From Rotaria socialis (Eukaryota): 43,161 nt of DNA. The stretch covers positions 124,001-167,161 of the forward strand of contig CAJNYD010000106.1 of the NCBI GenBank assembly GCA_905331295.1. Reading direction: 5' to 3'. The notes beneath the pieces were generated by a model. It was not told where the DNA came from. It did not search any database and worked only from the letters and a program-made list of their open reading frames with translations. Position numbers and translations under genes: made by a program. This document shows positions 1 through 14,825 of this stretch, in pieces (position 1 is the first letter of the stretch; each line of letters begins with the position of its first letter).

Positions 1-37
1 CTTATCACACTGAGTAATTTCGTTTTGTTTAAAATAG

Positions 38-1401
38 ATGAATCCGAAATCTTTACAAAACATCGTTCTTGGATGTTTACTAGATTTAACAGAGAATGCA
101 AAATGTCTTCATTTTATGATGGCATGGAAAGGACATAAACAAGATTATTTTCCACATGTTCTTTGTGAATTATGGCGAGACGAAGAACATGAAACCTATG
201 TAAAAACTGAAATTTTTATTAATAATTTATTTCTAAATTATTTTTCACAAGGTTGCTCGGACAGAGAGAGGCGTTATTGGTGATCATCGAAAACCTTTAA
301 TGGGGTTTCTTCAACAATCAGTACCATTAACTCCGCTTAAGCATTTGGAACCATCCCGAGCAATATTAGATCTAATTGATAATATGCGTTCGAAGATCTA
401 TGGATTTTTTTGTAAAATAGGTTTCGGTGACTTGCCGGGTTTACAAGAAGAAGATTATATTACACTGTGTATTATTGAAAATTTTCTTGATTTTAAAATG
501 GGTGAAATATGGCAAGAAATTATTACTGAACTTGAGATGGAAGGTGTAAAATTAATCGCATCAGATAATGAAGCGACGGATACAATCTTACGAGCGTCAG
601 AAGAACGTGCCTTAGGTATGCAGAACGCTAAAATGCAAACATTATTCTTTATATTTAATTTTAGCTGTAACTGCAACACAAAATTATATCTTACAACAAT
701 ATCATAAACATGATTTAGAATTCGAAAAAACATTTTACAATGAAGTAAAAACATAATGAAATGAAAATATTAAAAATTTTTTTTCTCCCTTTTAGTTAAT
801 AAGAAACCATATATTTCACGAAAAACAACTCGATCGATGGAAATCTTTTATTGCAAGGACATCAAAATATCCATTATTGATGGTAAGTTAGGATGAATCA
901 ATTTTTCTACCGCCCGAAAAATTGCATTTCTTTTGTTTGGAATTGGAATCAAATCAAAAGTTACTTATTTCGAAACGATTCTCAATCAACTTTTCAACCG
1001 CCACTTTAAGTGAATGAAAAGTAGACTCTTTAGACTTCGCCGAAGGGTATTATGAGGGCTCGTCAACAAATCTCTTGAGAACTGTTTGAAAACAAACTTC
1101 ATTTCTAATTCATTCAAAAAGAAATAGGTTTCTTATGTATGAAATTTGTTTTTTTTGTTTGTTATTAGATTGCAAAAGATTCTCAAAATCAAGCTATTCG
1201 GCAATCTCGACCTGAAGAAAAAGATTATTCAGGCTATCATACGGTTCATAATTTTGAAATTCCAAATCTATCTATAACGGTATGTAAAATGGTGTCGTCT
1301 TTTATTTTGATTTTATATTATAATTGATTACATTTTAGACGTTTTCTGGACAATTTTTAAAAATTGAAAGTACACCACTTGAAATATTAATCAGACATTG
1401 A
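38..1401 (+). CDS. CFAP69: Cilia- and flagella-associated protein 69, 3' part (multi-exon; 5' end outside window)
   Basis: Spliced translation NIVLGCLLDLTEN...LWRDEE...NMRSKIYGFFCKIGFGDLPGLQEEDYITLCIIENFLDFKMGEIWQEI matches the CFAP69 C-terminal region as I recall it. Last exon reads TFSGQFLKIESTPLEILIRH with TGA at 1399-1401. Short GT-AG introns. Confidence 0.85.
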
Positions 1402-1607
1402 TAATCGATACGAGCGACAGAAGATCTACAAAAGTTTTTGTTGTATTTCAGAACTTTTTTTTAATATTATAGATATTTTTTTAATAATTAATTCTTTAAT
1501 TCTTTAAATTATTTTATAAGCTGAAGTAATCATTGGTACTTTTTATGCTATATATAGATGTACGAAATAAAATAATATTAACGCCGAAGATATATCTTCT
1601 GTTTTAA

Positions 1608-4600
1608 TTATTTATTATTTTGAAGTTTTGGTTTCATTGTAAGAACAGTCACGGTTTGTTGTGGCGAAAAAAGATAAGATTTCAACAGTCGATTTATTGA
1701 ATAATCATTCAAGAGATATCGTCTTGCTCTATTACGACTGAATAATTGACCATTACTTAATTGTCTAATTAGATTCAATACGGAATATGTAGTTGAATTT
1801 AAATTAGTTAATAAACCTTTTGATCTTATTGAACAGATAGGTGCCAATTGAAGAAAAAGAAATGAACCAGATAGCGATGATTGTTTGCTATAAAAATTAA
1901 TGATTAATATTTGATGTGCAAATGACATGTTTTTACTAAGATGATTCAAAGCTTTGCCGATATCATTAGAAGTTCGTAATGGTATTTCACATGCAGGTAG
2001 CAAGAATATTTTTCTACCTAGACACAAGCAAGAGGAAATATTATCAAAAGCTTTTTATAACATACCTGTATCAATCAAACGTAATCGTTGCATGTTAACA
2101 ATATCACAGAGGGAATTATTAAAGAAAGCTAAATTCATACATGTTAATTGTATTGAATCATTTTCAGAGATCTGTTTAAGACTACTTGATAGACTTGTAT
2201 AAATGTAATGAAGAAACAATGATCGATAGTGTTCTGACTGTTTATGATCATCAATAAGTATACAAATAGATCGGTAATCATTATTACATGTTAATTGTAG
2301 TTGCGAATCGAGGAGTTCTTCTAAGCAAGTATCGTTGTTTTTAAGTAAATTCTGTAATTTTTTACAGGCTACAGAATATTCTGATGCTCTAGCAACGAGT
2401 GTATGATCGTATGCTTTATATTGACGCATAATATCAGAATCATTTAAATTCAAATTAATAATAGATTGTTGTCGTCGATTAGATGATGTACGGGATTTAA
2501 TTGTGTCAGGTTGAGTAGTTAATAAACAATTTTCATACTGATTAGTATCATCAGTGGGCATCATTTGAGATGAAGGACGAGGTTCAGAAATGTATAACTG
2601 TGAAATAATAGTTGGGTTCTTTCGACGACATAATCGTTGAAGGAAATTATAAATACGTTTTTTATTTTGATATTGTTGTCTTTTTCGATATAGACTGCGG
2701 TGAGGATATGTTTTAAAACGAAATGATTTTGAGATTTGTTTATTATTATTATTATTACTATTAGAATATCTGGAATTTGAAATATAGAGTGTATAATATT
2801 AATCATTTGAGTTATTAGCTTTATGGATAGAATGTCCTCTGAAAGCCTATCGGAACAAAGAGAATCACGAATAATTCTTGAATAGTTCGAAAGATTTCAA
2901 CATAAAATCGAAACGACTTTAGTACTCGTCGAATTTGATTTATCGATCGAATAGAATAGAGACACGCTAAATGATAGCAGTAAAACAAATATCTCTTTAA
3001 AAAGAACTTTACTTTCTGCTTGTTTAGTCTTTTAGTTCAATAGCACCAGACTATTCTGTCTCGTTTTAAAAGTGAAGTTTCTTAAAACAGATCCGACAAG
3101 TTAAGGGTACGGATGAGTTTGTTTTGGATGGAAAGCTAAAGTTATTCATGTACTGTTCTCCGACGAGAGCTTCTGGGACATCCTATAAAATTTTCTCGTT
3201 TATAGTAGTTGATCTTACGTGACAATATTAGTATTAGAATTATCGAAAAGTTTTCTCCGAGTCGTAAGTTGTGATTCAAAATACTTGCTGCTGGATGCAT
3301 GCATTGATTGATAATATTGTCTAGCTTCTTGATTAGAAAATATCACCGGTGAATTCTTATCATCGGTCAACAAGGAATCGATTGGAATAGTAGGTTCATC
3401 TAAATCAATATTATCAAAAACATTTATGCATTTAAGTGATGATGACATCGAGATAAAGTGATTTAGTTGTTTTTCTTTGAATTCATCGTTAGGTGCATCA
3501 ACTATTTGCTTCTGATTTCTATAGCCGATCAACATTTGATGTTTTGATTTCATCGATGATTTATTATCAAAAACGTTTTCTTTAGATAATAGTTTTTCAA
3601 TGAATGGAGTTTCATTGCTGAAAAATGACGTCGATGATGATGGACGAACTATTTGTTTTCTATTAGAAACATTTTCTAACGAGTGTTGTATTTCTATTTG
3701 ACTTTCATTTGTTTTAATTAGATACGAAAGAGTATTTATTTGACAAGTGCGTGTTACATTTATCAATGTTCGAGTTTCAATTTTTGCTTGTTTCATAACA
3801 CTCAATGGACTATTCGGTAGAAGAATAGCAAATAATTTAGTTTGCGTACCTTCAGTTTTATATTTTCTTAATGATTTCAATTTATTTTCATTTGGCTCAA
3901 TTGCATCTTGCGATAATAGTGACGCTGTCGAACATAACGTTCTTGACGTATTTGTTGACAACGTTTTTTGTGAAAGAAAAGGAATAGATATTGAACTATT
4001 CGGGGAAATATCGTCTATATTTGATTGTAATGAGTATGCTTTCATGTTATCAGTTTGTAAAAGAACGATCGACTTAAATAAAAACAACAGTTCATAGTTG
4101 CTGAAATATAAATTTAAAAAAATTATAAAACAAATCAATAGATCGCTTTACTTTTGAATCAAACGTAAATAAGTAAAAAACGGTCAGAAAATTTGCTTTT
4201 GTTAGAAACCAATGAAAGAAAAGCTGGCTATTAGAAATGAATAGGGAGCTAATGCTTCTTTTATAATTCAATTCGATTCATTTTCCATTTCTCGTAGATT
4301 AAATTTTTGTATTCCGCACCTTAGTTTCTATTGGCGACTTGTCAGAATCTTCATGAATAAATATTGGTTGTTGAGCATTTTTTAGTTTCTTTGCTTTGAA
4401 CAGATCTATTTGGTAGTCTCGAATAGCTTGAAGAACTTGTCCTGAGTCAATTTGAATTTGAACTGTACGTTGATGTTGATATGGTCCTAGCCGACTTGAA
4501 AAACCATCATTCATAGAAATTTCCTCATTAAAATAATCTAATGAAAAAGAAATATTCGTTTGTTGACTAATATTTTTCAATAATGGATTGACTATGCGAG

Positions 4601-5015
4601 CATTGGAATGTTCGACTATTGCTAAAGTCAATCGACAATATGTACAATAAGTTTTTAATTGTTCAATACATGGACACTGAATAATTCCTAATTCATATGT
4701 CGAACAGTTGCATTCAATTAAAATAATTTCAAATATTTTATAGTAATCAGTTTCCCTTAAGATTGATAGGAAATGCTTCTTGATATCGATATATTTATAC
4801 CACGGGTTAATAAGACAAATATAATTTGATCGAATAATAAGGGCATCGGTATGTTTTCGAACTTTCCTACCCGGTGTAAAACTTACTTTTCCATTGTTGT
4901 CAAATATTTTCCAACTAGATACAAATTTTTGTTTTCGATCAACCATTGAACGATAATTTTCCATTATTTTATATTCTTCATTATGATCGGTACAAGAACA
5001 TTGTTCATCATTCAT
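1608..5015 (-). CDS. Uncharacterised multi-exon protein-coding locus (possibly two genes)
   Basis: Long co-oriented minus-strand ORFs 4299-5015, 3215-4138, 2055-2564 and 1608-2027 are bounded by plausible GT/AG sites. The exon path between ~2650 and ~3100 could not be resolved, and no family was recognised. Confidence 0.5.
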
Positions 5016-5668
5016 GGTTGTTTATTCTCTTCAAATAAAATTTTAAATGATAGAAAACGTGATTAGATTCCTTCGATGATTTGGTTTGTGAATATGAATA
5101 GCTCGTCATTAGGCAAGATGAGTAACTGTTACGTGCTATTTGATTGCGCCAACAATAATGAATGCTTCGGTTAGAAAGTAAAACGACAAAACTAGATTTT
5201 TATTATTTTATCCTTCTGTCATTTTTAATTTATGTGAGAGCTGAAAAGTGCCCTACTTTTTTATGGAATTATATTTTGACTTCGTTTTATTACGAATATT
5301 AGATTATGCTTTGAAAACAAGCCTGCAACATTTTCATTTTCATTTTTAACTTGCCACCAAACATCTTTTTCCTCTTTTACCTTGAAATTATAGGAAGAAG
5401 AAAGTAGAAGAACAGTAAACATTTAAGAATAAACAATGACGCAAGAAATATACGAGAAAAAAAATGAACTAAAAGTAACATGACTAAACGCGCACGTCAT
5501 CTGATGAGACGTTATATGATTCCTTCGTCATTCTTTTGCTTCTGTTTTTTTTCTTACAAGCTGTTGTAAAGTGCATTCATTAGTCGTTAACTGTGTTTTT
5601 ACACGCATTTCTCGTTTTACGAACTACAGCTAAACAAAGAGAACGAACGAAAAAAAAGAAACGATATA

Positions 5669-7965
5669 ATGTATCCTAATCAGCAATACCCCGGCTACGG
5701 GCAGACAGGTAGCTCTCCTTACCCTCCATATCCACAACAATCACCGCAAAACATGGCTGGTGCACAACAAAACAACGCTCCCTACAGTATTGGAGCTGGA
5801 TTCGTGGGGTAATGTATATTATATACTATCTGAAGGAATGAGCAGCTATATCATTGAGTTTGCCAGAATATTACAAGTTGAGAAAGTGGATAAGAAAATT
5901 TGTCGTAAAATTGAGTACTTTATTTCAAATAGAAAAACAAAAAATATAGAAAAATGGATCACCATCTGAAAAAAAAATACTTTCAAGATTATGGCGGAGC
6001 TATCTCCTCAGGTGTTCATTCATAACATTCCTAGAAGTTGAAAAATCATTGTTTTAAATTTCTATTCTATTATTACTCATTCGTACACAATGACTCATTC
6101 GTAATGCGATAAAATACCATAAAGTCTATGTAATAAAGTTAGGTTAGTTGCCATAGCAAGTTTCAATTACTAACATTTATCTTAATATGTCTTGAATGTT
6201 GCTTTTTTTTTAAATCTTTTTGTGTTTTTTTTTCTAGTTTTAATTAATCTTTCTGTTTTATAAAATTATCTATATTTTCGCAAAAACAGTATGAGAAAAA
6301 AACTAAATTCAGAATTATTCAACAAAAAAACTAGAGCTAATCAAAATAAATAAAAAGAAAGTAAATTATACAACAAGGATCTACACATATGATACAAAAT
6401 CATCTTTAAGCAAAACATGATTGTTCAATCATATAAAGAATTAAGTATTTCTTCTAGCACGATGAAGAATGAATTTCTGAGGAAACTATTATCAAAATTG
6501 AAAACTAAACCTATTTATTTACATTCTAGAGGACAACAATCAAATATGCAAGGATCACAAGGTCATAATCCAGGTGGATTCGGAGGCTCTGGCAACCCGT
6601 ATGGACAAAGTACCGGAAATCCATACGGACCAAGTTCTGGAAATCCTAATGCACCGGGTGGTCCTGGTGGCTATCCACCCTCTGGTCAACAATCATATGG
6701 CAATAATCCATATGGTTCTAATAGCAGTGGTCCAGGATCGAGATATCCTCCTCCCCAGGGTGGTGGCTATCCATCACAAGGTGGAGGTTATCCACCACAA
6801 AGTGGAGGTTATCCACCACAAGGTGGAGGTTATCCACCACAAAGTGGAGGTTATCCACCACAAGGTGGAGGTTATCCACAACAAGGTGGAGGTTATCCAC
6901 CACAAAGTGGAGGTTATCCACCACAAAGTGGAGGTTATCCACCGCAAAGTGGAGGTTATCCACCACAAAGTGGAGGTTATCCACAACAACCTGGTGGTTA
7001 TGAACCTCGGCCTAGTGGTTATCCTCCTCAAGGTGGTGGCTATCCAGGTCAACCACCACAAGGTGGCTTTATGTCAAATGATCAACGTGCACAACAACTG
7101 AATCAACTAGCTCAAAGATATGAAATCAGCCCACAAATAGCTGCACGTTTAAATATACTTGCGAATTGCGAAATTGTACTTTTATGTGATGATTCAGGCA
7201 GTATGAATACGCCACTTCAAGGTACAAATCAATCACGATGGGATGAACTGAAATCTGTAAGTCATCAAGTAGAAATTTTCTCTTGAAATAATCTCTTCTC
7301 TTCATATATAGGTCGTTAATACAGTCGTTGATATTGGCGCTGTTATGGATTCTAATGGTATCGATGTTTACTTTTTAAATCGGGATCCTATGCTTAACGT
7401 AAACAATGGGCAAACTGTGCGTCATGTGTTTAATTCACCACCACAAGGCTTAACTCCTCTTGTGCCAGCATTGAGAAAAATTCTTGCTGCTAAACGTAGT
7501 TTAACATATGAGAAAAAACTCTTGATTCTAATTGCTACGGATGGGTACAGTTTAGATAAATAATATATATTTTCTAACTAATGTCTATTTGATATTCAGA
7601 GCACCGACAAATGATCATGGACAAATAGATATTGGAACATTAGAAGCTGTCTTACGTAATGAACGTACACCACAAACCTATATTACATTCTTGGCATGCA
7701 CGGATGATCTTCAAGCAGTAAACTATCTATCAAATTGGGATAAATCAATGCCTAATTTGGATGTTATCGATGATTATCGTTCGGAACGAGCTGAAATTCA
7801 ACAAATTCGTGGACCAAGTTTTCCTTTTTCATTTGGTGATTATATTGTAAAATCTTTATTAGGTTCAATAGATCCTTGGTAAATCTAATTTCTGTTTTAA
7901 AATGATTCATTCTTGAAACTTGTTTTCATAATTTTAGGTTTGATTCATTGGATGAACGTGCTTGA
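5669..7965 (+). CDS. Gly/Pro/Tyr/Gln-rich low-complexity N-terminus + von Willebrand factor A (VWA) domain protein
   Basis: ATG 5669 ([12 protein letters not shown]...). Exon 1 (5669-5808) splices in phase to exon 2 at 6530. MIDAS-type motifs CDDSGSM, TPL and ATDG are present. Ends WFDSLDERA with TGA at 7963-7965. Confidence 0.8.
6759..6989 (+). repeat. Coding 21-bp tandem repeat, 11 units ([G/S]GGYP[P/Q/S]Q)
   Basis: Consensus (g/a)gtggaggttatccaccacaa is repeated 11 times in frame. Confidence 0.95.
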
Positions 7966-10269
7966 ACAAAATAACATATGGATGAAATTAAATAATATCA
8001 AAATTCTTCTTTTTTTTGCTTCTCTATAAATCAGAATATCTTTATTCTTCATTTAATTACTAACACAATTTTTTTATTATACATAATTATGGATAAACAA
8101 GATAATAAGAAAACTTTCTTCTATCTGACTGATATCAATCGAACGAAACTTACAAGAATTAAAATTGTATTTGAAGGAAATCTTTGAAAATAAATTCTTT
8201 CTGTTGTAATACACATTCTAAATGAAATGTAGATCTTCGATCGACCATTCTTGATATATGCTTGCAAACTTTATCTCAATAATGTCGTGTGCTAATTTCT
8301 GATCACATTTTTGAAGGAGTAAATGAAAGGATAGTAGAGAAAATACATGGAATGAAACCATGATCTTGTGATTAATGCGAGCAATTCCATCGTGTTTTAT
8401 AGTTCAGTCTCGCAAAAATAGTTCTAGCAACATTTTTTCATCTATATTAACACTCAACTATATTAAAAATATACCTTTACTTGGGCGGCGATTCGACCTA
8501 TATTTCCTCCAATTCTTCTATTTTCAGAAACGTCCTATTTTTGTCCTATATTTTATCGAAGAAAGTAGAAAATTTCCAAAAACCTCTTAATTTCGCTATT
8601 GCCTTTAGACGAAAAAAAACTTTTAATGTATATAATCATGTGTTTTGGACAAATTCTTGTATTATAGTGACATTTATTTTAAACAGTATTTTTCCTTTCG
8701 CCTATTTAGCGGACTGATTGAGAAATTGTTTAATACTAAGTACAAAATACAGAATAGTTCAACAGAAAAAAAAACATTCACAAAATGATCATGTACTAGT
8801 TTCGGGGTTTTAGTGAAGTTTTAGTTAGATATAAAATCTGTATATATATACCCTTGGAAAAAATAAGTTTCACTGTGTATTTTGAGGATACTGTTACCAA
8901 AAGAACATATTTTATTTTAAGTAACCACATCTTCTGAAAGTTCGTGAAATTTTACACCATCCTGTGTATATGCATTTTCATTTACACTTATTTATTACCA
9001 GAAAAAATTGAGTTATGATAAAATACAAAATAAACTTGTGGAAAATAATAAGCAATGAATGCTGATTATCAGGACAGTACAATTAGGTTGAGATTTTTTG
9101 GGAAGTCATGTCCGTAATCTGAAACGTCTCCTTTAATTTATGAGAATAGTATTTGTCTTTTTCATGTATTTATTTCCTCAAAGCTTATGATCTACTTTAT
9201 TGTTATTTATCGATTTGTGAAAAACGTTTATAATGACCTTTGAATTAGCGACTTATTTCAGTAGAAAAAATTACATAAGGATCTTGGCTACGGTTGAACT
9301 GTGTATAACAGCTTCATTAAAACGATTTTCGAGCAGAGCAGTTAAAAAACAGCAAAGCAATTCAACAGAAACTATGTATAAAACATCCTATATTTTTGTC
9401 ATTTTTTATCGGAAATCCTATGTTTTTGACAATCTTGATCCTCGAAGGATTCTGATATTTTTCAAAAAGTGCAATCGGAGGCCAGCTTCACTATGACCAA
9501 CATACGATCACATCAGAAACGAAATAATAAAATTTAGTTTGAATAGGCTAATCCAGTGTTTCAAATAATCTAACCAATAGTCTAAACGAAAAAATGTTTT
9601 TACAATAGTTTATCGCATGTTATTGCTCTCTTGATAAATGTGAAAAGGATAATTTGTTTTTAAATGTTTTGTATCCCATTCGGATTAATGTCTCGCTTTC
9701 TACTCGAAAATAATCATCTATTGCAATCACAATTAATTAGGTTACAATCTATATTCAACAACAACAAAAAATTATGTCAACTGGGTCTTATCGTTCGCTC
9801 ATATTGTCTATGCTAAAACTGTTGTAGTAAGTATGGTCATAAATTAATCTCAAGATATTATTATCAGATGTAAAGCAGTTGATAGCTTCTTGAATTAGCT
9901 AATAAATCGGTCTTTGTTTGCTCACATCGATAATCTAATGTGTAAAATATATATTTGTTACTCTTTCAATATCACACGACAAAACAAAATAGTGATCAAA
10001 GAAATTTTTTTTTTGCTACGAAAATGTCATTCGTAGATTTTGTGCGCAGGAATAAGACACAACTAAATACTCATGCACACTTAATGTCGTTATATTTGCC
10101 ATTATCTTTTACCTTTATTCTAAACTAGCATTTCAATCAGCTAGAAGATATGATAATAGCAGTTTCATATTGTTTTTATTTAGATTAGTGAAGTAAAATA
10201 GTGATTGTTAAAGAAGAAAAACAGTAAGATCAATTTTAGCTTTATACCTCTATCATCATCGTCGACAGC

Positions 10270-13200
10270 ATGGTATTTCTAAAAGGTCTTTTCACTAGCA
10301 AGTAAGTCTAAATACATTTTCTAACTTAAAACAATCAGAAAAATTTCTTTGAATGTTGAAAGTGATTCACGATTTTTATGTTAGACTGGAATCTAATTTC
10401 TTTCAGCACAAAATTCATGTATTTATATAACATGAATTTTGATCGTAAAGCACAGTGAACTACTGAAACTACATTCGCGCGGTTCATTTCTAATGAAGCA
10501 AAAATAAAATGTGATAATATTGACATTAGAAAAATGTCGATTCGAGTTATTTTTGATAATCTATCAAATCGAATAGGTTTTTTAATTAAAGATTAAAGAA
10601 CTGAATCAAAATTAGCATGACAAGTAAAAACTTCATAGAATATTTGACTTGTTTATAGTATTATGCTCTTATGCCTTATTACGTATTCAAAGATTATATC
10701 CGTTGATTTTCGTTTTCATGCTCTATAATACGAAATTCATACTAGTCGATAGGTAATATCAATCAGATTGAATATATTGATTCTTTTTAACTGCTTAAAA
10801 CACTACAATCGTTTTCTTTAAATATCGTATTCATGGGTTTCAGCTGCACAATTTGAATATGGGTCTTCTCTCTACTATGAGCGCTCGCACTCTCACTATT
10901 TTTTCATCTGATCTCATTTCACGCGGAGTCGTATTACACACTGTATAGAACAACAATGATAGATATTATATTGAAAAGAGTTTATCGATTTGTGAATAAA
11001 TGCATTTTTAAAAAGCGAAAATAAATCTGTTTGCTTATTTCCGTCGTTGTATATGACCATCAAGCACATATCATTTGATTAGTTTCAGTGAATTGTTTTC
11101 ATTCCATGACGATTATTCGTTTAAAAGTATAGAATTTGTCACTCTATTGAATATTATTTATTATCTCGATAAACAACGATAGGTTCTAGTTTTACTCTTT
11201 CTTGTTTAATTATAATTAAATTGATTATTTATACGCGTTTTTTCTATTTATATTTAGACGACAGTTACTTCTCCTTGCTATTACTGTTGTTTCTGCACTT
11301 GCTATAGCTGGTGTTATTGCTGGTCTTGTTGTAGGCTTAAGAAAACGTAAGCACATCTCTTTTATATGCTATTCATAAGTTGAGAAGTGTCTTCAGAGAG
11401 AACGTTTCTTTTATTCACAAATACTTGATATTATTCTGATGAAAACATTTGAAAAGGAGTAGAACTCTGACAAGCAAAACGAGATAACATCTCGCAGAGG
11501 TATTTTTTCAATATCATCTTAACACTATCTCGATTTCAAGGATCTCAACTCATTAGCTTGTGTAGATAATTTTTGAGCTCCTATCAACGTGCCTATTAAC
11601 TTCTCATACCGTTTATTTATTTGCTATGAATGAAAATTTGAAAAGTGCTTTGCAGTGATTCTGTAAATTCCTAATCTGTTCGTACACAGTACTGCATGTT
11701 AGATTTCAAACGAAAATAGTTTCACAATAACATTCGGAACTAACTCTAACATTTTGTTCTGAATTGATTTTCGATTCACACTTTAATGGAGCTATCAATT
11801 TTTACACAGACCTAAGCTTTCCGATGACTTTACCGACGCTGTATTCCATCGCTATAGGTACAACTAATTCAACTATCCGCGAGGGTGTCTGTAGCTCTAG
11901 TCATGAAACTTATGTTATCAATGGTTCATCTATATTGGGAAAATATTCTCGAGCAGCTGTAGCTGTCGATAGTGCTGAATGCTCAAAAATTGGTCGTGTC
12001 ATCTTGGAAAAAAATGGTACGACAATGGATGCTGCTTTAGCTGCAGCTATTTGCGATGGTGTTATGAATGCACATTCGATGGGTATTGGTGGTGGATGTG
12101 TTATAACAATTTACTCAAAGTAAAACAAAGAGAGTTTTGTTCATTTTGCTTTCGAAAATACTTTAAAATATAATTCGTAGGAAAAACAACACGGCCTATA
12201 GTATTATTGGAGTAAGTTTTAAAACACAATTAAGAAAAAGGAAACTTTATTCTGCAATAAAAATATTATTTTAAAGAGAGAAAAAGCACCATTAGCTGCT
12301 AATTCCACAATGTTTGTTGGCCGAGAAAATATGTCGGTAACTGGTAAGAATTTATTTAAATAGAAAACCGAGATACAAGATTTATATTGAAGGAGGATTA
12401 GCCATTGGTGTACCAGGTGACTTGCGAGCTTATGAAAAAGCCTATCAACTATTTGGCGGAGGTGTAACATGGAAAGAACTATTTGAACCCACGATTCAAT
12501 TATGCCGAGAAGGTTTCCGTATTAGTGAATCCCAAGGTGCAGCTATTAAACAAACAACACGTGTTATTCTTGATGATCCTGCATTGAGGTTTCTAACTAA
12601 TAAATTCAAATAAAAACAAAATCGAGTAATATTTTCTTTTCAGACAACTGTTTGTAAAAAATTCGACTACAAACGAATTATATGGCGCTGGAGATATAAT
12701 GCGACGACCAAAATTAGCTCGTACACTTGAAATAGTAGCTAATCAAGGTGCTGACGCTTTTTATACTGGTGAATTATCTGATAAAATTGTGAAAGAAATT
12801 CAAGATCGAGGTGGTATCATAACAAAACAAGATCTTGCACAGTTCAATGTTGATTTTCAAGAAGCATTAAGTATTGATATTAATAATACATATACTGCAT
12901 ATACAACACATGCACCAACCAGCGGTCCCATTCTAACTTTTATTTTAAATATTCTTCAAGGTATTGAGATTCTTCTGTTTAGTTAGATCTGTAGGAAATT
13001 TTGGCTTTTGTCTGTTTCCAACCAGGTTTTCAAAGCGATCAAGGCAATTTCAAAACATCGAATCCATCTGCTCTCTTTTATCATCGTCTTATTGAAGCGT
13101 TTAAATTTGCTTATGCGAAAAGAAGTGAAATCGGTGATCCATCCAAGATAAACATTACTGAAGTAGTTTGCAACTTTGACTATTTCTGATTTTCATCAAT

Positions 13201-14086
13201 AGTAAATAAATTTTAGCTTATTCGTAATTTAACATCAAAAGATTATGCGGATGATATACGATCACGAATTCGGTATGTCAATAAAGAAAATTGAATTCAT
13301 ATTTTCTGTTTCCTATGTATGTAGTGATAATACAACATTTGGTTATCAATATTATGGTGGAACATGGGAAGATAGAATAAGAACTGGTACAGCTCATATA
13401 TCTGTCGTGGGACTTGACGGAGATGCTGTTGCATTAACGTCAACTGTTAATCAATAGTATGATTTGATTAGTATTTTAACTTCGAGAAATGGTTCATTTA
13501 TTTTCTTTATTAGCTTCGGCTCAAAAGTTCTTGGTCCTGAAACAGATATCATTTATAACGATCAGATGGATAGCTTTTCGACTCCAAATACAATAAATTC
13601 ATTTGGTGTTCCAGCGAGTCCAGCGAATTTTATAGCACCTGGAAAACGACCTGTTTCATCTATGGCTCCGTTAGTTGTAATAGAAAAACAAAGTCAACGT
13701 ATACAGCAAGCACTAGGTGCTAGCGGTGGTACAAGGATAACAACATCTATAGCGCAAGTTTCTATGCTTAATCTATGGTTCAATCAAGATATTAAGCAAG
13801 CTATTGATGCACCTCGCCTTCATTCACAGCTATTACCACAAGAAGTTATTGCTGAAAGTGGATTTGATCCTGTAAGAATATTTTTCATCAAGCATGATTC
13901 AGTACTTTTTGTTCTTTATTTGAATTTTAGGAAATATTACAAAACTTGAAAAACCGTGGTCACAATGTTACATGTAGTGTTCTTGGCGGTTCTGCTATGC
14001 AAGGTATTGAATGGCGTGATGAAGTTAATGAATATTGGGCTAATTGTGATATACGTAAAGGTGGTGCTCCTGATGGATTATCTTAA
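10270..14086 (+). CDS. GGT: Gamma-glutamyltranspeptidase / glutathione hydrolase, type II membrane protein
   Basis: Exon 1 MVFLKGLFTSK starts at 10270 and a TM-anchor exon lies at ~11258-11346. Motifs: AAVAVD..CSKIG, MGIGGG, VPGDLRAY, HRLIEAFKFAYAKR, nucleophile GTAHISVV, PGKRPVSSMAP, GASGGTRI, RKGGAPDG. TAA at 14084-14086. Confidence 0.92.
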
Positions 14087-14825
14087 AATTCTTATTGTTA
14101 GATTGTTTTCTAATTCATCTGAAAGCGTTGTGCGGATTATTTTGATATATTTACTGTATTGAACAACCTCTTTTTTTCTAAAATTCAAAAGATGAATTCA
14201 TAGAATACATAGCATGAGAGAAAAAATTAAAAAAATTGTTTCGACAGACGCGAATGCGAAAGGCCTGAGAAATACTGTCGAATTATCATCCGCAATTAGA
14301 AAACAGTCATGTTGTTGGAAAATTTTTTATCATCATGATGGTTTAAGTCTCAAATGTATACATTTGACTGCAATTTCAGTGGAACACGAACATGGATAAT
14401 ATTATCTTTATATGAATCCTTTCAAATGGTACATATTGGCACGGGTGGGAATTCAAGCTATCATATTCCCAGTTTCCTGGTTAACGGTAAGGAGCCCTAA
14501 AACACTTCTCATGACACAGACAACATTTCATAACATATAACAAAGTTCAACTACTTTCAGTTGGAAGAAAAATAGCTCGTATCACTTGTTTCTGTTCTCA
14601 ACAAACACATCACTTCACGATTAGTTCCATTTCGACTTCCCACAGAAAAACTCAAAAAAGTCTTCTGTAACAATAATTATACGTAGAACTTGAATTTACC
14701 ACATAACGTGAGATTTTATAGAAATTGATCGATATAGTTGTAAAAAAGTTCATGAGTCTTTCAAAATCTTTAAAACTCTGCATCATAGCCACACATATGC
14801 CACAGAATATAGAGCACTGATGTAC

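Noticed and set aside
6574..7101. Alternative-frame and antisense ORFs with VIHHKVE / DNLHFVV / WWITSTL repeats
   Set aside because: Shadows of the stop-free 21-bp GGYPPQ repeat.
8480..9490. Patches rich in TCCTATATTTT-like motifs suggesting transposon ends
   Set aside because: No convincing TIR pair, TSD or transposase can be shown from this window alone.
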